A stretch of DNA of 64,000 nt from Geosiphon pyriformis uo1 (taxonomy: Eukaryota; Fungi; Glomeromycota). Made by a program: the position numbers and the translations under genes. The notes beneath the pieces were generated by a model. It was not told where the DNA came from, did not search any database, and saw only the letters and a list, made by a program, of their open reading frames with translations. This document shows, piece by piece, positions 39,375 through 52,200 of this stretch (its first letter is position 1; each line of letters begins with the position of its first letter). The stretch covers positions 128,945 to 192,944 of the forward strand of contig JAAOMT010000778.1 of NCBI GenBank assembly GCA_016748015.1, given 5' to 3'.

Positions 39375-40693
39375 ACAATAATAGACTTGGACAACTACTC
39401 TGCCTTAATGGAATTTTTGGGTAAAGAACAATACCCACTGGAATACAATTGACAACAAAAAGAACATTTGTGCAAACAATTAAATTTCTATTTGATCTGC
39501 CAGAATCAACTATACAAAAGAAACAGAAAAGATTCTGACCATCTCCAAAGAGTCATAAGATTTGAAGAAAGAGAAATTGTGATCTATAATATGCACACTG
39601 ATCTATTAGCTAGACACTTTGGAAAAACAAAAACAATTTAGAAAACTCTAGCTTGCTATTATTGGTCTACCTTAGAAAAAGACATTGCTGAGTACATTAA
39701 AACCTGTGATACCTGCCAAAGAAGAGAAAAACCCAATAGAAAAGAAAATATCTATTCAATCTCTGTTGGCCAATCATTTGACAGGATTGGTATAGATGTT
39801 GTTAGACTCTTAACAATAACTCTTAATAGCAACAGATACATTATTACAGCTACTAACTATCTTACAAAGTGGGTAGAAGCAAGAGCCACTTCAGACCAAA
39901 CAACAGTCTCAATAGCCAATTTCATTTATGAAGATATCATATGCCATCATGGCTGCCCCAGAGAACTTTTATTTGATAGAGGAAAAGCTTTTCTCAGTAC
40001 ACTGGTTAAAGAACTTTGTAGAAAAATGGGAATATGTCACAAACTTTCTTTCCCTTATTACCCCCAAACAAATTACCTAATAGAATATTTTAATAGAACA
40101 CTATGTGAAACTCTAGCCAAAACAAGTAAAAAAACAAACTTATGAGACAAAGTATTGCTTTCAGCTTTGTTTGCTTATAGAACTGTGAATCATGACATAA
40201 TAAGTTATGAACCTTTTTATCTGTTCTATGAACACATGGCAATACTACCAATAAAAACTGACATTAAGACAATACCCTTTAAAGAGATCACAATAGCAAA
40301 TTACAAAAACATTTTGCAAAGAAGACTTGATATCATTCTTGACTTATTGGTAGAAGCACAAATAGTTGCTTTTGAAAAGATAAAACAGTTTTAAGAAAAG
40401 CTTAAAAAGAAAAAAACCTATAAAACACTTTCTTTAAGTGTTGGTGACTTGGTATTAGAATACTATTCAAACAGAGACAATGTCTATGATAATAAATTCT
40501 TTAGCCAGTAGAAAGAACCCTTTATAGTCAACAAATTTTTGAACAATGGTTTTTATATTCTTCAAGATCAATCTGGAACAATCTTTAATGATCGACCTGT
40601 TCACGGCATGCAACTCAAGAAATATTACAAATGACCTGATTGGTTGCCTGTTGTGATAATACTGACTCAAATGATCAACAAAAATCAAGTATA
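39375..40693 (+). pseudogene. Family A integrase (own reading frame)
   Basis: MHTD...HFG...CDTC zinc finger, GIDVV, YLTKWVEA, PQTN.L.E.FNRTL and a GPF-like C-terminus; no chromodomain. Confidence 0.9.
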
Positions 40694-40736
40694 AATAAAT
40701 GCACTATTCCCAAAACAGAGGTATTTTCAAATTGAC

Positions 40737-41393
40737 ATGAACAATTATTTTCTGGATCAAAACATTCAAAATGCCTTCTATACTCTCCATAAGTATTGGA
40801 TTAAAAACTATTTAAATATTACTTTGACCATTGGAAAACAGACCACAATAACTGATAGCAGTGGAACACATACTGTTATTAGACCAAAGAAAACAACTAC
40901 CAAAAGAGAAAGAATTGGTAGCAAAATGAATAAATATCTGTTAGAAAATATAACAGCAGCAATACTTGTACCCTCTATCATACTTGGAAAAACAATTAAA
41001 GAAATTTTACTCATAGACAAAAACTTGTTATATAGAAGACAATTAGAGCTCTATGGTCGCCTTGGTGAAATCATAGATGACATGAAGCTCATAAAGAAAA
41101 CAACTTTAGAAATACAGACAGAAATTTTGGGCATTATATAATTAGATATTCCAAGAGTTTTAACCATTACTAAAAGAACCAAAACTCTAATACAAAGATT
41201 TGGTTTCTTGAATACAAAACTCATTTCACCTCAAGTATTATATACTCTATCTACAAAAGACTTCAATAAATTAGTTAGCTTTGAATTAGATAAAACTTTT
41301 CAAATAGACTACACTATAAATAGCTTGATTTTGCCAGAGCTCAATCTCTTTGGAGAGAATAATGTTATGATTGAGACTTATACTTTTTATTAA
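40737..41393 (+). pseudogene. Family A ORF3 (unknown protein, env position; overlaps PPT and 3' LTR)
   Basis: ORFs 40737-41141 and 41208-41393 are in frame. Homologues at 15296-15952 and 47540-46884. Confidence 0.75.
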
Positions 41394-42514
41394 TTATCAC
41401 ATGTATTAGCCACTGATGTTATATGATTAGTCACACTATTTTTAGAAAGTGATCATTGACCTGATCAATGACCTGACCATTGACCTGACCATTGACTTGA
41501 TCATTGATCTGATCATTGACCACTTTTGATAACTATATAAGTGATGAATTTCTTAGCTATAGAAAAGCATGTAATAACAAGCATCTGAATAATCAAGAAT
41601 AAATAAAATAACAATTTTCATCTTAATTCTTTTCTTATTGCTAATTTTTCTTTCCCTACCTTCAAGTATCTGAACATCTTAAAGATAAAAGATTACTTGT
41701 TGGCCTTTTCCTGATGTATATAATTGTAGCATTTGAAGATTATTTGAATAAACATGACTGAAAAGCACAAGTTAATATCTGATATTGAATTCTAAGAACG
41801 CTGACATGAGACATAGAATTATACCAGTGGTGATCAATTGTTGACAGTATGGACTATCCCTCTACCTTTATATTCTCCAGTTACCTTTGAAAAAAATAGC
41901 AACTGAGATATTTTATGAAACTGATCTCACACATTGAATCCATACTTATTCAATTTACTCTTTAAAGTTGAATTCTCCTTTGATTATTTCCATCACCCTA
42001 CAATCTTGTTCTTTTTTACTATCCATTAGCTTGTTACTCCAATCTGTAATAACATAATTATTATTTGGCTTATTAACTGCTAGTGACTATTTTTTATAGT
42101 AAAAAATTCTAAATTAATCAAAATATTTCAATATTTAAATCTTACTTCTTAATCTGTTTGTGCTAATATAATTAAAAATAAAGTCATAAAACTCTATATC
42201 TTGGATAAATAAAAATTAAGAATAAATACTATTTTTATTATAAAATATATCTTTTTTTATTCATACTTATAATATGATAAATATATTTAGGTATTATCAA
42301 GTCTAAATTTTTTTTACATTAAATTTTTGAACATCTTTCAATAATAAAACTTTTGTTTTTATTATTACTTATTATATTAATAACAATTTGGATCTTTAAT
42401 AAACAATAATTGATTTTGAATTAATAAGTAAACAGCATAATAAAATAAATATTGTAAACAGATTTTTTAAAATATTAAAAGATTATAAAATTACATTAAA
42501 AATACATATATATA

Positions 42515-42885
42515 TTCTTACATAAATTTGAGTTAGTTAATAGTCAATGATAAAATCAATATATCATATAGCATATTAATATTATCTAAAATTCAAAGTT
42601 ATTATAATGCTCATATTATTAAAAATCATATTTTTTCAATATTAGTTTAAGTTGATTTTTATTATTGCTTCAAAGCTGAATTTTTGGCATTAGCATTATT
42701 TAAGGCTCAATATTATTATAGTGCTTATATTATTAAAAACTATATTTTTTTAATATTAGCTTAAGTGGTTTTTATTATTGTCTTAAGCCAAATTTTCAGC
42801 CAAAAAAGTTATAAAAGAGTTATATACACTTTTTTTTTATACAAGTTTATCATTAATTTTATTAGTTATAATCTAATTTTTTTTA
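42515..42885. mobile_element. Possible small MITE-like insertion in the hAT coding region
   Basis: Interrupts hAT homology; has a degenerate inverted repeat (AATGATAAA / TTTATCATT) and an internal direct repeat (~42600-42670 / 42715-42782). Confidence 0.4.
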
Positions 42886-43913
42886 ACAGCTTTTTGTTAT
42901 TATCTTTGATAATACTGTAAATAATAGTACTTTTATAAAAAAGTTAATAAGAAAATTAAAAGAAAAAAATATTCAATAGAACTTAAAAGATCTTTGATTT
43001 TAATGCTTTAATTATATTCTAAACTTGGTAATACAAACAGCTTTAGATAAAATAAAAGATAATGTTTCTAAGATATTTATTAAAAATCCAAACCAAATAT
43101 ATTTATCTAAAATTTTTTTAATGTAAATTTTGAATAAATTAAAGATTAGAAAACTTAACTCTGCAATTTGTATTTTATTTTAATATTTTAAGCTTTTTGA
43201 ACATATCTATAATATATGTCAAATTAAATACTATAAATCCATTTTGAATTGTTTCATCCAGTAAAATTTTATTTATAATATAATTAAGAATAGATTATTT
43301 TTTAAATTGACAAGTTGTTTATTTCTGATTTCATATATTTTAAATACAAAAATTCTAACTGTAAATTTATAAACATTAAACATTTTTATTAATACTTATA
43401 TTGATTTTTATCAATATGTTATTTTATATAATTAGTGGGCTGTCTTTAATAAAATTGATAAATTTCTTGAATTATTTAAAAATATTATGGTTAAAATATT
43501 AGCCAGTTCAAATAATACTGTTTTTTTGATTATTTCTCTCTTTAATATTATTTTTAATTATATTGAAGACATAGTTAATAATAATGAATTTAGTAAAACA
43601 TTATAATCTTAATTGTATTTATTTAATTATTTATTTAACATATTTAATATTAGATTTATTACTTATTATAATAGCTAAAGCACTAAAAAAAAAGTTGATT
43701 GAATATTACTCTAAAACAAATACAACTATAATACTCTGTATTGTATTAAATCTAAAGAAAAAATTTTATTATTTTACAAAAAAAATTTTCAAATAACAAT
43801 ATTAATAAAACAAAAAAACTATAAGTTATTAATTTATTTAAACAGTTTTATTTTTCAACTTTCACACAATAAATAAATCTTTAGAATATGTACTTTCTTT
43901 TAAACAAAGTATA

Positions 43914-45267
43914 TAGAGGGGTATAAAAAGTATTGAACATTTAATATAATATATAAAAAAAGCTATATATTGTAATACTATTACCAATTTAAGCCATAAT
44001 TTTTTTTATAATTACTTATAGTTATAATTTACAAATCAACATAAATTGCATCCTTGTAAAACACAATAGTGGATTATATATGTATATATAAAATATCAAA
44101 TATTTTTGTCATGAAAAAATTTACCACATTAAATGTGTCTTGGAAAAGAATTTTTTGAATACCAAAAAGGAAAGATTATTTCAGCAAAAATGTTAGAACA
44201 TACAAACAGTAAGATTTTCATGACTATTGAATGTTCATATTCTTCTATAATACATGTATAGAAGTTATACAAGCTAAAAAAACTTCCTAAAAAATGAATA
44301 GACCAACCACAAATTCTTGACAAATGCACATGTAAACAACTTAAATATTCAATAATAAAGAATAAAAAAACCTGCTGCCAAACTCTTTCTCAAATATGAT
44401 TAAATTTTATTAAAGATACCAACAAATCTATTTCTATATAAACTATTCGAAATAAATTAGCTCAAGAAAGACTTCACTCATGCATTCCTTATCTTAAGCC
44501 ATTAATTTTCAAATTAAATAAAGAAAAACATTTACAATAGGTTTGTACTTATAAAAATTGGACAGTAAAAGATTTTAACTGAGTTATTTGATTAGATAAA
44601 TCTATATATACACAATTTAGAAGTACAGGATTTGGACATGTATAGTGTAAATCTTCCCAAGAGTTTCATAAGAATTGTATTACAGCCACAGTTAGAAAAA
44701 GCTTTGGTTGCATGTTTTGGGAATGTTTTTTATGGGTTGGTTTGGGTCCTTTGGTTTCTTTGGTTGGTCATATTACTTGAGTTATACATCATAAAACCTT
44801 GGCTAATTATGCAATTCCTACAGTAAAACTTTATGTAAAAAAAACCAAAAAAAAGTTTTTTTTTTAGGAAGACAATGCACCAATTCATACATTAAAAGTC
44901 GTGCATTCTTTTTTTACCTCTTCAAATGTTGAATTACTTTCTTGGCCACCACAAAGTTCTGATATTACTCCAATAGAAATTTTTTGGTTATATATTGAAG
45001 TTAAAATTCATTAATATAATTCACAATTCTCAAATATTATACAATTAGAACAGTGGATTAAGGAAAAATAGGATGCAATATCTGTAAATTATTATTGTAA
45101 TTTGATCAAGGCTAACCATGTTGAGTTCAAGCTATTCTTGAAGCAAATAGGGGTCAAACAAACTACTAACATGTATTTTAATATAATAATAAAAAATTAA
45201 TAATTCATAAGTTAGTTCTTTTATATAACATATTATAAAAGTGTCCAATATTTTTTATACTCCTCTG
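43914..45267 (+). mobile_element. Tc1/mariner (DD34E) DNA transposon, decayed
   Basis: TIRs TAGAGGGGTATAAAAAGTATTGAACA / TGTCCAATATTTTTTATACTCCTCTG flanked by TA. Transposase relic F*EDNAPIH...WPPQSSDITPIEIFW (44860-44988). Confidence 0.9.
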
Positions 45268-46211
45268 TATATTAAACATTATATTAACATCAAATAACAA
45301 TTTTTTGTTAAATAACAATTTTAATAATACTATAGCATTAGTCATACAATTTATATTAAAGACAAACTTTAATAATAATAAAGAAAAAAAACTTGATGAA
45401 ATTAATTGTTAAATCTCTAAAAAAGTGGCTAATAAGGAAATAAATATAATGGCATGATAGAAAATATATTACAAAAAATATTTATTTAAATTAATATTTT
45501 ATTAATAATTCGATATTTAGATATATTAAACACAATTTTTTTATTTTACATATATAACTTGTAATTATTTGGCAATTCAAAGATTATCTGTTGCTTTTAA
45601 ACATGTTTTTTCTGCAAATAGAAATATCATTACAAATATGAAGTCTTGTTTAGTGTTTAAAACTATAAGAGCAGCACAGTATTTTCAATTATAGATACAG
45701 AAACCATTAAAAAAAAATTAAATAATAATATAATATAATATAATGTTTTTAATAATCAAATCTGAATATATTCATAAACTTCAAACTGAACTTGAATCAG
45801 ACTTGTTGCATGTGTTTTGATTTGGTTTAAGTTTGGTAATTTTAAGTTTGGTTTAAGTTTGAGTTCAAAATTTTGCCAAATTTTCTGTTCAAGTTCAATT
45901 TAATTTGGTAATTTAATTGAACTTGAACCAAATTAAACTGAACATTAAAACTTTACTTTTGTTACAATTCAATTAATTGTAATTGAATTAACACAATTTA
46001 ACTAAACTTAGATATTGCAGCAATAATTATTTCTTTTAGTGTATTTATAAAAATTTTTTTAATTACTACAGTCTGATTTAAATAAAATTTTGTCTTTTAA
46101 AATTATTGTTTACTTTAATGTCTTTTTTTCTGGCCAATAATGTGGTTTTTTTCATGTTTTTTTTAGATATAAATGTAGATTTAATTATTTTTTCAAATTT
46201 TAAAAAAGTAG

Positions 46212-49200
46212 TGTTACAGATTAGAGTAACAAGCTAACAAATAGCAAGAGAGAACAGAATTGTAGGGTGATAAAAGGAATCAAAGGGAATTCAACTTCAA
46301 AGAGTGAATTGAATAAGTATGGATTCAATGTGTAAGATCAGTCTCATAAAATATCTCAATTACTATACTTTTCAAGGATAACCGGGAAATCTGAAAGTAG
46401 AGAGATAGTCCATACTGTCAACAAATGATCACACCTAGTACAATTCTATGCCTCATGTCAGTGCTCTTAGAATTCAATATCAGGTATTAGATGTACTCTT
46501 CAGTTACGTTTTATTCAATAATTTTCAAATGCTGCAATTACACATTTCAGAAAAAGTGTAGAAAATAACCAACAAGTAATCTTTTATCTTTAAAATATTC
46601 AGATACTTAAAAATAGGGAAAGGGAAATTAGCAATAAGAGAAAGATTGAAATAAAAGTTGTTATTTTATTTATTTAATTTCCTTGATTTCTTCATGTTTT
46701 TCTACAGCTAAAAGATTCATTGCTTATATAGCTGTCAAAAGTGGTTAATGATCAGGTCATTGATCAGGTCAATAATCAGGTCAATAATCAGGTCAATGAT
46801 CAGGTCATTGATCAGGTCAATGATTACTTACTAAAAATAGAGTGGCTAATTTATGTGATATCAGTGGCTAATACATGTAATAATTAATAAGAAATATAAG
46901 TTTCAATCATAACATCATTTTCTCCAAAGAAATTGAGCTCTGGCAAAATCAAGCTATTTATAGTATAATTTATTGAAAGGGTTTTATCTAACTCAAAGTT
47001 AACTAGTTTGTTGAAATCTTTTGTGGATAAAGTGTATAGCACTTGAGGCAAAATGAGCTTTGTATTCAAAAAACCAAATTTTTGTATAAAAATTTTGGCT
47101 CTTTTTGCAATGGTCAAAACTCTTGGGACATCTAATTATATAATGCTCAAAATTTCCACTTGTATTTCAGAAGTTGTTTTCTTCATGAGTTTCATGTCTT
47201 TTATGATTTCACTAAGGCGACCATAGAGTTCTAGTTGTCTTCCATATGACAAGTTTTTGTCTATGGGCAAGATTTCCTTAATCATTTTTTCAATTGTGAT
47301 AGAAGATATAAGTATTGCTGCTGTTATGCTTTCTAGCAGATATTTATCCATTTTGCTATCAATTTTTTCTTTTCTGGTAGTAGTTTTCTTTGGTCTAATA
47401 ACAATATGTGTTCCACTGTTATCAGTTATGGTGGTTTGTTTTTCAATGGTCAAAGTAGCATTTAGATAGTTTTTGATTCAATACTTATAGAGAGTATAGA
47501 AGGCATTTTGAATGTTTTGATCCAGAAAATAATTGTTCATATTGATTGAAGATACCTCTGTTTTGAGAATGGTGCATTTATTTATACTTGATTTTTGCTG
47601 GTCATTTGAGTCGGTATTACCATAACAGACAACCAATCAGGTCGTTTATGATATTTCTTGAGTTGTGTACCATGAACAGAATGATTATTAAAGATTGTTC
47701 CGAATTGATCTTGAAGAATATAAGAATCATTGTTCAAAACTTTGTTGACTATAAAAGATTCTTTTCATTGGCTAAAAAAATTATCACCATAAACATTGTT
47801 TGTCTGAATAGTATTCTAGTACCAAATCACCAACACTTAAAGAAAGTATTTTACAGATTTTCTTTTTATTAAGCTTTTCTTAGAACTGTTTTATTTTTTT
47901 AAAAGCAATTATTCATGCTTCTACTAAGAAGTCAAGAATGGTATCAAGTCTTCTTTGCAAAATGTCTTTGTAATTTCCTATTGTGATCTCTTCAAAAGAT
48001 ATAGTTTCAATGTTAGTTTCTATTGGTAGTGTTGTCATGCATCTATAAAGCAGATAAAAAGATTTATAACTTGTTATGTTATGATTTACAGTTTTATAAG
48101 CAAACAAAGCTGAAGACACTACTTTGTCCCATAAGTTTGTTTCTTTACTGGTTTTGGTTAGGGTTTTACATAATGTTCTATTGAAACGTTCCACTAGGCC
48201 ATTTGTTTGAAGGTGATAAGAGGAGGAAAGTTTATGATGTATTTCCATTTTCCTGCAGAGTTCTTCAACCAGTGTACTGAAAAAAGCTCTTCCTCTATCA
48301 GATAAAAGTTCTTTGGAGCAGCCATGACAGCAAATGATATCTTTATAAATGAAATTGGCTATTAAGACTGCTGTTTGGTCTGAAGTGGCTCTTGTTTTTA
48401 CCCACTTTGTAAGATAGTCAGTAGCTGTGATAATATATCTGTTGCCATTAAGAGTTATTGTTAAAGATCCAACAACATTTATACCAATTCTGTCAATGGT
48501 TGACTAACAGAGATTGGATGGATATCTTCTTTTCTATTGGATTTGTCTCTTTTTTGGCAAATGTCACAGGTTTTGATGTATTCAGCAATGTTTTTTTCTA
48601 AGGTAGGCCAATAATAGTGAGCTAAAGTTTTCTGTATTGTCTTTGTTTTTTCAAAGTGTCCAGCTAATGGATCAGTATGCATATTGTAAATTACAATTTT
48701 TCTTTCTTTAAATCTTATAACTCTCTGGGGGCAGTCAGGATTTTTTCTGTTTCTTTTGTATAATTGGTTCTGGCAGATCAAATAGAAATTTGATTGTTTG
48801 CATAAATGTTCTCTTTGTTGTCGAGTGTAGTCTGGTGGGTATTGTTCTTTACCCAAAAATTCCATTAAGACAGAATAGTTGTCCAAGTCTATTATCATGT
48901 TTGTTTGTGGGGGAGTTACTAATAATTAAGTTGGTTTGATTTGAGAGGTTGTATTGTTACTGGATGGTAAGTCTAAAGAGAGCGTCGGCATTTTGATAAT
49001 TAGCTCCTTTGCAGTGTTGAATGTCATAGTTGAATTCATCCAGATGAAGTATCCAGTGAGTTATCTATTTATGTTCCAGATTCTTTTTATTGCACAGCCA
49101 AACCAAGGCTTGATGATCTGTTACTATTAAGAATTTGGCATCAAGAAGATATTGGTCCCAATAGCTAGTAGCCCAAACTACTGCCAAGCATTCTTGTTCA

Positions 49201-52200
49201 GTTACTGAATAGTTCTTTTTCACTGGTATAAGAGATCTACTGACATATGCTATAGCATGTTCTTTGCCATCTTTATTTTTTTGTGAGAGTACAGCACCAA
49301 GTTTATAACCAGATGCATCAGTGTAGAGAATAAAAGGTTAGTCCAGGTCAGGTTGCTTAAGGATTGGTTTAGTAACAAGTTTTTCCTTCAGGATTTCAAA
49401 GGCTTTTTGCTGGTATGTACTCCAGTGGTAATTGACATTTTTCCTAAGTAGCTGGTTGAGAGAAAAGGCAATTTTAAAGAAATTCTTAATGAATTTGCGA
49501 TAGTAAGAAGCCAAACCAAGAAAAAAGCATAGTTCAGAAACATTCATTGGTTGTCTAATGTTTTGGACCTTTTTAATTTTAGCTAGGTCAGGAAAGATTC
49601 CATCTTTTGTAATAAGATGACCAAGGAACTAGGTGAATTGACATCCAAAAAAAGATTTGATTGAGTTGATCTTAAGGCCAGCATTTCTAAGCAGGTCAAA
49701 AATCTTTTGCAAATGTTCAAGATATTCATCCCAGGTTTTTTAGTATACCATTATATTATCCAAGTAAACTAGAACAAAGTTTTCTTTCATTGATTCAAAC
49801 ATCTTGTTCATTAGGCATTGAAAGGTGAGAAGGGCATTTGTGAAACCAAAAGGCATAACTGTAAATTCATAGATGTCATACTTGGTGATAAAGGCAGTTT
49901 TTTTTCTGCTTTCTGAATTCATTTTTACTTGCCAGAATCCAGCAGTTAAGTCAATAGTTGAGAAGAAAGCAGCACTATTGAATTTGTCTAACATTACATC
50001 AAAATTGAAGAGTAGGTACATATCTCTTATAGTAATGGCATTTAATTGGCAGTAGTTGACACAGAAGTGTAGGGTTCCACCTTTCTTGAATACCACTACA
50101 ACTGAGAAAACCCATTCACTCTTAGTTTCTTGTATGAATCTAAGATCTTTCATCCTGTTTATCTCTTTTTTGATAAACTCATCATTATGATGGTTGAATT
50201 GATAAGGCTTCAAATATATGAGGCAAGTTTTTCTGGTTGTGATGGTGTGTTATATCACATGGGTTTGTCCAGAAGTATTACTTTCTTTTGAGATAACTGG
50301 GCTGTTTCTAGCCAATAGATTTTCAATGTCTACTTTTTTTTTTTCTGGGGAAGGTTCTCTTTGTTCTACAACAAGTAATTGGATCTCAGGTGGTTCATTT
50401 TTAAAGGACTTCTGTACTTTTTTTATTTCTTTCCTGGATATCAAACTGATTGGTTCCCAATCTTTGTAATAGATTAGGCAGAATTTGTATTCATTATTTG
50501 GCGAATACAAAGATTTATTGCATTAGCATCTGACACAAAAGCCATGTCACCAATAGCTGTATTTGGCTTTCTTGCCAGGCTTTGGTCAAAGGTTCTTCTA
50601 AGAATATTATAATAGGGCCAGCAAATTAGCTTGCCATTTACCATGATTCTTTCTTTATCTGCTTTAACATTATCTAATGGTTTATCATTGCTGGTAAAAA
50701 TAGTGTAGGCAAGTTTAGCAGTTTCTTCTTGTTCTTTTTGTTCATCTTCTTCATCATTTTCTTCATCATCTGACTCATCTGATTGCTCTTCTTCTTGGCT
50801 TTGTTTGAGTACTGAAGAAGTTGTCCAATGATAACATTTAACCACAATGGGTTTCTCACCACATCTGATGGTTAGTTCACAGAATTCATAATCAAGCAAG
50901 ACTTTTGCTTTCTTGAGCCATTCATTGCCAACTATTATGGTGTATTCTTTTGCTTCAAACATTTCCATGTTAGTTTCAATACTGATGCCATTGATTTGGA
51001 CAGGAACAGCTTTGGCTATGCCCAAACCTTTTTTTTTGTTACTATGTATATTGGTCATTAGTTGTGTGGATGATTCATCAATCTTTCTGCCAATTGCTTC
51101 TAAGAAGTGTTTGGCAATGACACTAACAGATGATTCACTATCCAGAATTAGATCAATAAAGTAACCAGCCACTTGGGCTTTACAAATGAGAGGTATGACA
51201 TTGTTGTTGTCAGCAAGTCCAGCTTGGCAAAAGCATTTGTTAGTCTTTGGTATCTTTTTCTTTGGTATTAATGATTTGTGAAGATCTTTTCTGAACTGTG
51301 GATGGGTCATTAGTTGGCCAAATATAATGTGTGCTGGAGTTTCCATAAGATCTTTAACAACAGAATAGGGTCCAGATTTTTGTACAATTTCTGGGGGTTC
51401 CAACTTTGGAGAATTTTTAAAAACCTTAGTCTTTGGTGGCTTATTGTTATCAGCAGATGATTTTGATGCTTTGTTTAAATCCAAAACGAAATCAACCTTG
51501 GTTTTTTTCTTCTTTCTGGTTGATTTAGAAGTGTTGATTGCTAGTTTATCCATATTATGATCATTATCAATTAGGTTAAAAGCATAAAAGGGGTTTTTTT
51601 TTGGTTGGCTTGCACTCTTACCCTTTGGAGGTGCACCTACCAGTTTAAAGACTGGTAAACAGTAGCTTTAACTAAAGGATCTTCTCCAAAGAAATTGATG
51701 TTGGCATGATTGGGTCTTTGATTAGGAACATTATTATTGTGGAATCTGTTATTCTGGGTATCATTATTTCAGAAAGCTGGAGGAGGCAATGGGGGATTGT
51801 TACAGTCTCTGGAAAAATGTCCAGTTAGTCCACAGCAATAGCACACAGGTGGGCCATGATTTTGTTGTCTTTGATATGGTGGTTGCTGGGATTGATTGAA
51901 ACAGGGTTCAAATCTGGGTCTTTGGAATTGCTGGTTGTTTCTGACTGCTTGGGTTAATGGTTCTAATAGCCAGACAAGATTAACTGTAAGTCTATCTATT
52001 AACTGTTTATTTAAGTCTTGAGTTTGGACAGTGAAAAAGATAGCAGTCATTTGGAGAGCAGAAGCCATAATAGAAGCAGAAGCAAAGACTGAAAGTGTAG
52101 ATTCTAGGTGTATTCTTTGATTGTCTTCTATTCTCTGAGCAAGTTCAATGGCTATATCTATTGTGGGATTATTTTTCAAGGCCAGAAGAGGCCAAAGAGC

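Larger units (their letters stand above)
24220..42051 (+). mobile_element. Full-length Ty3/gypsy element, family A copy 1 (interrupted by element B at 27934-38022)
   Basis: LTRs 24220-24956 and 41363-42051; PBS TAGTGCTTCCTGTGAG just after the 5' LTR; PPT GGAGAGAATAA; TSD ATAT/ACAT. Confidence 0.95.
16670..45955 (+). mobile_element. Heavily decayed hAT DNA transposon, fragmented by later insertions (pieces 16670-16897, 23950-24219, 42052-43911, 45270-45955)
   Basis: BED-finger relic across the 16897/23954 junction. Core relics: FTLNF*TSFNNKTF..YYINNN..TIIDFEL (~42310-42480), DN..NN.TF, CFN.ILNL and KLIEYYSKTN. Dimerisation-domain relic YLAIQ..SVA...VFSA.RNIIT (~45565-45640). AAACTGAAC-type subterminal repeats at 45775-45950. 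Confidence 0.78.

Noticed and set aside
45960-46040. Hairpins (AATTCAATTA-ATTG-TAATTGAATT; TATTGC-A-GCAATA) suggesting a Helitron 3' end
   Set aside because: AT-only stems arise easily by chance in this composition, and there is no clean CTAG or other Helitron evidence.
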